Under the pieces are notes generated by a model. It saw only the letters and a program-made list of their open reading frames with translations, had not been told where the DNA came from and did no database searches. Shown piece by piece: positions 42,144 through 48,115 of a stretch of DNA of 48,115 bases. Made by a program: the position numbers and the translations under genes. The first letter of the stretch is position 1. Every line of letters starts with the position of its first letter. This DNA comes from a virus. The stretch is taken from positions 1 to 48,115 of the IMG/VR virus record IMGVR_UViG_3300045988_165611; one strand, 5' to 3'.

Positions 42144-44540
42144 ATGATTCGTGAGCAAGGCGCGAAGTTAGCAAGTAAGGGCTATGACGTCATTCCGGTC
42201 AGGCCCAACAGTAAGATTCCGAGTATTCCCTCATGGCAGAAAAATCCGCTTTCCGAGCAGGACTGCCTTTCCCGTCCGGAGGACGAGGGCGTAGGGCTTC
42301 TTTGCGGGTACGGCGACCACCCCCTCTTGGGAATTGACTGCGATATCGAGGACGATGCGGATCTCGCAGCATCCGTTCGCAATCGCTTCGATACGATTCT
42401 TCACTTTGAGGAAATGAACCCGATTCGGCACGGTAAACGACCGAAGTTCATGATTCTCGGGGCTATGAAGTCCGACGAGCGTTTCTCAAAGATGTCGTCT
42501 GTCAAGTACACCAAGGATGGTGGCAAAACGACCGTACAGGTTGAAATGCTCGGAGTCGGCCACTACTTCGTGGCCTACGGCATCCACCCGGATACAGGCA
42601 AAGCCTACGAGTGGGAAGAGAGCCTAATGGGAGCCGGGCCCGAGGACTGGAGTCCTTCCGACTTTGTTCCTATCACGCTTGAAGATCTTAAAGCGTGCAT
42701 TGCCGCCTTTGAGGAGGAAGTGGCCAAGCGCGGAGGCTACCAACCTGTGGGCTCGGCAACCGGGAGCACGGAGGTGCTTGATTGGACGAGTCGGGAGCCG
42801 CAGAAAGCACCGATGGAGCTCAAGCCACACTTCGTTGAGAAGATCTTAGAGGACCTGACGACGGAAAAGAAAATCGATGCAGACAGTTACGACAACTGGC
42901 TCCAGGTCGGCATGGCGCTGCACCATCAGTTTGCAGGGGATGTTGAGGGTTTGAACATTTGGGACACATGGTCAGCATCCTCTGCAAAGTACAAGCCCGG
43001 CGTCTGCGCGACCAAGTGGGCAACTTTCGGCAAGTACCCGGCCAAGATGAAAACGATGCGCTCGTTTGTCTATGCCTGGTACGCCTTGGGGTTAAACGGA
43101 AAATACTCGTTTTGTGAAACGGGCATCGTTCACCGTATTATCCGAGAGTCGGGGGACAGGATTCGGTTTCTTGCCGACGCGAATCGCTTCCGCGAGTGCA
43201 ACAAGCTTACCGGCCGTTGGATTGATACGGACGACGTCTGCATCCAGCATCAGGTTTTCAACCAGATTGAGTACGGCCTGGAAGACGAGGCCAAGGACAT
43301 CAAGGAACAGGGCTTTGAGGAACGAGCAACGGCATTACTCTCTTTCCGCTCCAAGTGCCGTGCTTCGATGAGCCGAGTTTTGACAAGTGTTTGCAAGGAC
43401 ATGAAGGCCACGACGACGGCCAAGTTTGCGGACTTTGACGCAGATGCGAATCTATTCGGTGTCGGGAACGGCGTTTTGGACTTGGCCAAGGGGCGCTTCT
43501 TGGGGGCAAAACCCGAGCTCATGATTTCCAAGGGGTCTTTCGTGGACTATGTCGAGGGAGCGAGAAACGCCCGTTGGGAGCAGTTTATCCAAGAGGTTAC
43601 CGGGGGCGACGAGACAACGGCCGATTACCTGCAGCGCGTCGTCGGGTATGCGATGAGCGGAGTGCCGAATCAGCACCTGATGTTCTTTTTAATCGGTCGC
43701 GGCTGTAACGGCAAGTCTGTGTTTCTCAACACGCTTTCGAAGGTATTCGGGAGCTATCACAAAGCCGTGCCGGCGGACTACTTCACGATGACGGAAAAGC
43801 AGGTACAGGGGACCGGAAAAGGGCCCGATGCAACGCTCGTGTCCATGGCGGGCTCAAGGCTTTGTGTGAGCGCGGAGACGGCGCTCGGTGCCTCGATGCA
43901 AGAGGCGGTAATTAAACGCCTCGTGAGCCGAGACGTCCTTACGGCTCGTGCTTTGTACAGCAACTCCGTGATGGAGATTATTCCGACATGGGTTTTGTTT
44001 GTGGCCACGAATCACTTCCCGGATGTGCGTACACGAGACAAGGGCACCTGGAGACGCATCCGAGCTATCGAGTTCGGCGTGGATTTTGACGACGGCAAGC
44101 ACGAGATGGACCCGTGGCTTGAAGACAAGTTGGCACAGAATCTGCCCGGCATTCTCAATTGGTGCATCGAGGGCTATCGCAAGTACCGCAAGTACGGCCT
44201 TACGCAGTCCGATTCAGCGAAGGCCTTTACCGAGCAGCTGCAGGAGCAAGGCAACTACATCGGCCGTTGGCTTGCCGATAAGTGCGTTAAGAGTGCCAAT
44301 GCCGAGGTGCTGCTCAAAGACGCTTTCGCCTCGTGGCGCGCATGGAGCGCCAAGGAGGGCGGGTTTGAGTATTGCCCCAACGACAAGGTGTTCGGCCAAT
44401 CGCTTGTGGAGTGTGGATTTAACAAACATAAGACGAACAAGGGGTTACTGATGCAGGGCTTCCGACTTCTCACGGACGAGGAGTTAGCTGCCAGGCAGGA
44501 AGCCGAGGACGGGGAAGAGATTAAAGAATTGTTTGCATGA
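42144..44540 (+). CDS. Bifunctional primase-polymerase / P4(D5)-type replicative helicase
   Basis: 798 aa. Has an N-terminal prim-pol-like region (GLLCGYGDHPLLGIDCDIEDD), a PriCT-like DNWLQVGMALHHQF and the Walker A motif GRGCNGKS. Confidence 0.85.
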   Translation: MIREQGAKLASKGYDVIPVRPNSKIPSIPSWQKNPLSEQDCLSRPEDEGVGLLCGYGDHPLLGIDCDIEDDADLAASVRNRFDTILHFEEMNPIRHGKRPKFMILGAMKSDERFSKMSSVKYTKDGGKTTVQVEMLGVGHYFVAYGIHPDTGKAYEWEESLMGAGPEDWSPSDFVPITLEDLKACIAAFEEEVAKRGGYQPVGSATGSTEVLDWTSREPQKAPMELKPHFVEKILEDLTTEKKIDADSYDNWLQVGMALHHQFAGDVEGLNIWDTWSASSAKYKPGVCATKWATFGKYPAKMKTMRSFVYAWYALGLNGKYSFCETGIVHRIIRESGDRIRFLADANRFRECNKLTGRWIDTDDVCIQHQVFNQIEYGLEDEAKDIKEQGFEERATALLSFRSKCRASMSRVLTSVCKDMKATTTAKFADFDADANLFGVGNGVLDLAKGRFLGAKPELMISKGSFVDYVEGARNARWEQFIQEVTGGDETTADYLQRVVGYAMSGVPNQHLMFFLIGRGCNGKSVFLNTLSKVFGSYHKAVPADYFTMTEKQVQGTGKGPDATLVSMAGSRLCVSAETALGASMQEAVIKRLVSRDVLTARALYSNSVMEIIPTWVLFVATNHFPDVRTRDKGTWRRIRAIEFGVDFDDGKHEMDPWLEDKLAQNLPGILNWCIEGYRKYRKYGLTQSDSAKAFTEQLQEQGNYIGRWLADKCVKSANAEVLLKDAFASWRAWSAKEGGFEYCPNDKVFGQSLVECGFNKHKTNKGLLMQGFRLLTDEELAARQEAEDGEEIKELFA

Positions 44541-44548
44541 CCGCAGAA

Positions 44549-44650
44549 ATGTGTCTTAAGGCTGTCGAATGGCTTGCCATGGGCATCTTTGGGGTGCTTG
44601 TTCTAGGGTTTGTTCTGTGGCGGGTAGTGTGGTTTTTGAATGCTTTTTAG
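44549..44650 (+). CDS. 33-aa membrane peptide (not in ORF track)
   Basis: MCLKAVEWLAMGIFGVLVLGFVLWRVVWFLNAF. Confidence 0.35.
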   Translation: MCLKAVEWLAMGIFGVLVLGFVLWRVVWFLNAF

Positions 44651-44757
44651 AGTTAATTGGTGGGGAGATCAAGGAATTGAAACGAACTGGGAGGAGGTAC
44701 AGAGATGAGTAAGACGGAGAATCAAGCATTAAAAACGAAGCTAAAGAGGAGATAAAC

Positions 44758-44898
44758 ATGGAGCTTGCGGAATGGGTTACTATCGGTCTTTTAGTCGGTA
44801 TGCTCGTTATTGTCACCGTGGCTTTTGGCCTTGGGTTTGCGAGTATCGCTAGTGTTATGGCATCGATAGGAAGGAGAAAGAACGATGATCGGACGTGA
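44758..44898 (+). CDS. 46-aa membrane peptide (not in ORF track)
   Basis: MELAEWVTIGLLVGMLVIVTVAFGLGFASIASVMASIGRRKNDDRT, with SD GAGGAG upstream. It overlaps the next start. Confidence 0.4.
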   Translation: MELAEWVTIGLLVGMLVIVTVAFGLGFASIASVMASIGRRKNDDRT

Positions 44899-45073
44899 TG
44901 AAGACATCATTACCAATGATGGCAGTGTCGTTGTTGTAAGAGAAGACATAGAGAGCAAAGCGATTTATTTAATTTTCAAACAGGACGATGCCTCGGTGGA
45001 GTTGTCGCCTTCTCAGGCGCGACAGGTTGCCTTGGCGCTTCTATTAAAGACCAATGAGGTAGAGGAGGTGTAA
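44885..45073 (+). CDS. Hypothetical protein (62 aa)
   Basis: SD GGAAGGAG upstream, in an AT-richer accessory stretch. Confidence 0.45.
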   Translation: MIGRDEDIITNDGSVVVVREDIESKAIYLIFKQDDASVELSPSQARQVALALLLKTNEVEEV

Positions 45074-45078
45074 TTGAG

Positions 45079-45324
45079 ATGATGCAATTTAAGTTTCCAG
45101 CATGCAACGGAAGACACTTTGTTCTTATCGCGTCGACGACTACACAAGACGAGGTGTTGTTGTCTCTCGAAAAAAAAGACAAAGACGAAGACGTGCGAGT
45201 TTTGTTTAGAGGAACGGCTCAAGAGTTTGGCCATCTTGTTTCGTTTCTCGACAACCGTTTACAAGATATTGAAGCCGTCCAAGAGATACTAAAAAAGGAT
45301 GGGAGGAACAGTAGAAAATGTTAG
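45079..45324 (+). CDS. Hypothetical protein (81 aa)
   Basis: ORF in the same operon. Confidence 0.45.
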   Translation: MMQFKFPACNGRHFVLIASTTTQDEVLLSLEKKDKDEDVRVLFRGTAQEFGHLVSFLDNRLQDIEAVQEILKKDGRNSRKC

Positions 45325-45671
45325 ACATGGTTAATCATCCGCCGCATTACGAGCAGCAGTCGATTCGTGTTGAGCCGATTGACATTCTGCAGTTTGCCCC
45401 GTTTGATCTGGGCAATGCCTTGAAGTACATCATTCGTTCCAAGCACAAGGGCAATGAATTGCTGGACTTGAAGAAGGCCGAGTTCTACTTGCAACGTATC
45501 GTAGACAATGAAAACTTCACGCACCGAGAGCATATCAACTGGTTTGCGGAGCAGTACGGACACTTAGTTCGGCGTTTTGAAGGCTGTGAGACGTTCGAGT
45601 GGCATACGTGGGCTGATGTAACACGCATTCTTAATGATGTGCAAGAGCGTATTGAGACTCTAGAGAAGTGA
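45318..45671 (+). CDS. DUF3310-like phage protein
   Basis: VNHPPHYEQQSIRVEPIDILQ...GNALKYIIRSKHKG matches the DUF3310 (SaV-like) signature. Confidence 0.65.
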   Translation: MLDMVNHPPHYEQQSIRVEPIDILQFAPFDLGNALKYIIRSKHKGNELLDLKKAEFYLQRIVDNENFTHREHINWFAEQYGHLVRRFEGCETFEWHTWADVTRILNDVQERIETLEK

Positions 45672-45684
45672 AGGAGGTAGAAGA

Positions 45685-45999
45685 ATGAATGAATATGAAA
45701 AAGAAGAACTTAAAAGAATCGACTATGACGAGATATATCTCTCATGGAAGGAAATCTCTACGAATATTGAGTTCTTCATTGACGGTAGATTTCGTGAAGG
45801 TGACCTCGCGGCCATAAGGAAAGCCCTTGCAACGTTTACCAAGGGCACAGAAAAGGCAATGGAGCTTATCAAGGAGCTCCGTAACCCCCTGCCGATGACC
45901 GTGGCAGAGGTCGAGGCTATGACTCCTCAAGAAGTCCGCAACGCTTTGTGTGCGATTCTCCATTTGGAAGCTTCGCATAAAAATTCTTCTTCCCTGTGA
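45685..45999 (+). CDS. Hypothetical protein (104 aa)
   Basis: ORF with an SD (GAAGGAGG). Confidence 0.45.
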   Translation: MNEYEKEELKRIDYDEIYLSWKEISTNIEFFIDGRFREGDLAAIRKALATFTKGTEKAMELIKELRNPLPMTVAEVEAMTPQEVRNALCAILHLEASHKNSSSL

Positions 46000-46113
46000 G
46001 GGCTGTTTTGCTGGAAAGAAACATTTTCGTATAGGGAAGGGAATAGTTTCCTGAGGGAGTCGAGCAAGCATCCTTGCCACCGCTTCTCGGCTCCCGAGGG
46101 ACTTGGAGAAATC

Positions 46114-46422
46114 ATGGACGAAAGAGAACGAATTATTGCGACGCGCTACGGTTTGCGTCATCAGTTGGAAAAGACGCAAGAGGAGTTGCGTGAATTGAAC
46201 ACGGCAATCTTGAAGCACCTTGCCGGCCCGACACCGAAAACACGAGAGGCCGTGATAGAGGAAATCATTGACTGCGAGGTGCTGTTCGAGCAACTCAAGT
46301 ATCTGTTGAGCGTGGGCGATCGAGAAGCCAACTTGTACAAGGACTTCAAGATTAACCGCCAGCTGGCACGTATCGGAGAATGGGAGAAGATACCCAAGGG
46401 AGGGGACAATGTCGGGCAATGA
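46114..46422 (+). CDS. Small helical protein upstream of terL (MazG-like or small-terminase candidate)
   Basis: 102 aa, overlapping the terL start. EELRELN...EEIIDCEVLFEQL weakly recalls MazG-type all-alpha NTP pyrophosphohydrolases. Confidence 0.3.
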   Translation: MDERERIIATRYGLRHQLEKTQEELRELNTAILKHLAGPTPKTREAVIEEIIDCEVLFEQLKYLLSVGDREANLYKDFKINRQLARIGEWEKIPKGGDNVGQ

Positions 46423-47959
46423 CGTCTTCTTCGCGGACCTTGCTGCGTGTTACGACGACCCCTTAAGGTTCGTCTTGTGGGCATTCCCGTGGGGCACAAC
46501 GCCTGAGCTTTCGCTTGTAACGCTCAAGGAGCCGTGGGCCTCGCGGTATCCCGGTTGCAAGTACGGCCCCGACAAGTGGGCCTGCGAAGTCCTCGACTAC
46601 GTCGGCGAGCAAGTTAGGGCCAACGCCTTTGACGGCGTGCACGCCGTTAAGCCCGTACAGGTTGCCGTGGCTTCAGGCCATGGCTTAGGAAAATCGGCCA
46701 TTACGGCATGGCTCGTCTGCTGGATTATGGCCACCCGTCCGGGAGCGAAGGGTGCGGTGACGGCAAACACGGCTTCGCAGCTTGAAACGAAAACGTTCGC
46801 TGAAATCTCCAAGTGGCTTAAACGTTCGCTTGTCCGAGATATGTTCGATATCAAGGCCTCGTCCGTTGTTCAAAAGGACGAGCCGGAATCGTGGCGAGTG
46901 GACGCTCTTACGTGCCGAGAGGAAAACTCGGAAGCCTTTGCCGGCCAGCACGCCGCATCCTCGACGTCTTTCTACATTTTCGACGAGGCATCGGCTGTGC
47001 CCGATAAAATCTGGGAAGTGGCCGAGGGTGGCTTGACCGACGGCGAGCCCATGTGGTTTGTGTTCGGAAACCCGACACGTAATACGGGGCGATTCAAGGA
47101 ATGCTTCGGGCGTTTTCGTGAACAGTGGAAAACGTTCCAGATTGACTCACGTGAAGCCCAGATTACGAACAAAGAGCAGATTGCCGTCTGGGCCAAGGAG
47201 TATGGGGAGGATTCGGACTTCTTCCGTGTTCGTGTCCGTGGCCAATTCCCGAATGCTTCGACGACACAGTTCATCCCGACCAAACTTGCCGAGGATGCCA
47301 TGGCCCGTCCTGCGCCTGCCAGGCACCGCATTGCTACGGCAATCGTCGGCGTGGATGTGGCGCGTTTCGGCGATGACGATACGGTGATAGTTACTCGCTT
47401 CGGGAAAGATGCGACGACACCCTTTGCGCGTTACCACGGTCTTAGCGGAGATCGAGTCATTGCCTTGGTCAAGGCAAAGATTAACGAGCTGTACCGTGAA
47501 GGATTCGAGCGTGTTTACGTGTTCCTTGATGAGGGGGGCTTAGGCGGAGCCATTGTGGACGTCTTACGTGCTGACGGCTTCCGAGAAGTGCGAGGTGTGA
47601 ACTTCGGCCAAGGTGCGGACGATCCCGAGCTTTACCCTTTCAAGCGCGAGGAGATGTGGGCACGCATGAAGAAGTGGCTTGAGTTTGGCTCCATTCCGAA
47701 TGACCAGCAGTTGCTCGATGATTTGACCGGCATCGAGTTTGAATACAATATTAAAGGGCAACCGAAGCTGGAGTCGAAGGCAGACATGAAAAAACGAGGA
47801 CTGCATTCGCCTGACGCGGCCGATGCCCTGGCGCTTACGTGGGCCTATCAAGTCCGTGAAGTGTCCGACAGAACCGTTGGCCCTGAGCGTGTTCGAGGTG
47901 GCGCCGATACCCCTAGGAAGTTTGACCCCTTCGATTTGAAGTTCTGTACCCGACGATAA
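46409..47959 (+). CDS. terL: Terminase large subunit
   Basis: Walker A VASGHGLGKS, Walker B FYIFDEAS, nuclease domain GVDVARFGDDDT. Confidence 0.9.
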   Translation: MSGNDVFFADLAACYDDPLRFVLWAFPWGTTPELSLVTLKEPWASRYPGCKYGPDKWACEVLDYVGEQVRANAFDGVHAVKPVQVAVASGHGLGKSAITAWLVCWIMATRPGAKGAVTANTASQLETKTFAEISKWLKRSLVRDMFDIKASSVVQKDEPESWRVDALTCREENSEAFAGQHAASSTSFYIFDEASAVPDKIWEVAEGGLTDGEPMWFVFGNPTRNTGRFKECFGRFREQWKTFQIDSREAQITNKEQIAVWAKEYGEDSDFFRVRVRGQFPNASTTQFIPTKLAEDAMARPAPARHRIATAIVGVDVARFGDDDTVIVTRFGKDATTPFARYHGLSGDRVIALVKAKINELYREGFERVYVFLDEGGLGGAIVDVLRADGFREVRGVNFGQGADDPELYPFKREEMWARMKKWLEFGSIPNDQQLLDDLTGIEFEYNIKGQPKLESKADMKKRGLHSPDAADALALTWAYQVREVSDRTVGPERVRGGADTPRKFDPFDLKFCTRR

Positions 47960-47979
47960 CTCGTTGATTTAGAAAGAGA

Positions 47980-48020
47980 AAAATCCTGAACGCCCAAAAG
48001 TGTTCAGGATTTTTTATTTT
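47980..48020 (+). terminator. Intrinsic terminator after terL (spans the repeat junction)
   Basis: The 12-bp stem AAAATCCTGAAC / GTTCAGGATTTT has a 10-nt loop and is followed by TTATTTT. The 3' arm is also block 1 of motif copy A. Confidence 0.75.
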
Positions 48021-48115
48021 CGGTGCGAAGATAGTGTAAAGCCCCGCGATGTTAGAGCGTCCGGGGCACGACAGATACCTGACTTGTGAGGCGTATCCAT
48101 GCACCGAATTTTACC
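47997..48115. repeat. Terminal exact direct repeat, copy 2
   Basis: Identical to 1-119. Consistent with circular closure by an assembler or with true terminal redundancy. Confidence 0.95.

Noticed and set aside
1-48115. tRNA, rRNA, tmRNA genes and a serine invertase / second recombinase
   Set aside because: The non-coding gaps showed no acceptor/T-arm pattern (GGTTCGAATCC-like). No ORF has resolvase/invertase features. This was an eye scan only, so tRNAscan and an HMM search would be needed for certainty.

Overview
The window is a complete phage genome. Bases 1-119 are identical to 47997-48115, so the unit is 47,996 bp and is either circular or terminally redundant. The phage looks temperate and podovirus-like, and its host is probably Gram-negative because an o-spanin is embedded within an i-spanin. 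Layout: (i) A + strand late operon (140-24285) encodes a GNAT, portal, scaffold, major capsid, cement-like protein, tail tubular-like proteins, three internal virion proteins including a 2192-aa giant with an HExxH motif, and a multi-gene tail-fibre cluster. (ii) A - strand lysis cassette (26404-24613) encodes holin, GH24-type endolysin, i/o-spanin and a membrane protein. (iii) A more AT-rich + strand accessory cassette (26580-28642) has a Mu Com-like zinc-finger gene followed by a gene split by a group-I-like intron that carries an HNH homing endonuclease. (iv) A tyrosine integrase with an AlpA/Xis-like gene. (v) A - strand replication and early operon (SNF2 helicase, VRR-NUC, family A DNA polymerase, DUF2815-like SSB, Cas4-like PD-(D/E)XK nuclease, acidic early proteins, tiny membrane peptides). 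(vi) A CI/Cro-like switch with repeated operator-like motifs. (vii) Prim-pol/P4-type helicase, small accessory genes and the large terminase. No tail tube, sheath or tape-measure genes, tRNA, rRNA, CRISPR array or reverse transcriptase were seen. The most unusual observations are listed here. First, a start-less alternative tail-fibre C-terminus lies in inverted orientation, bounded by a perfect 56-bp inverted repeat, with no serine invertase in the genome. Second, the intron has an internal guide sequence complementary to both exon ends. Third, there is a G10 tract inside a tail-collar gene. Fourth, a 40-nt intergenic motif recurs at late-module boundaries. All family names come from motif recognition by eye; no database search was run.
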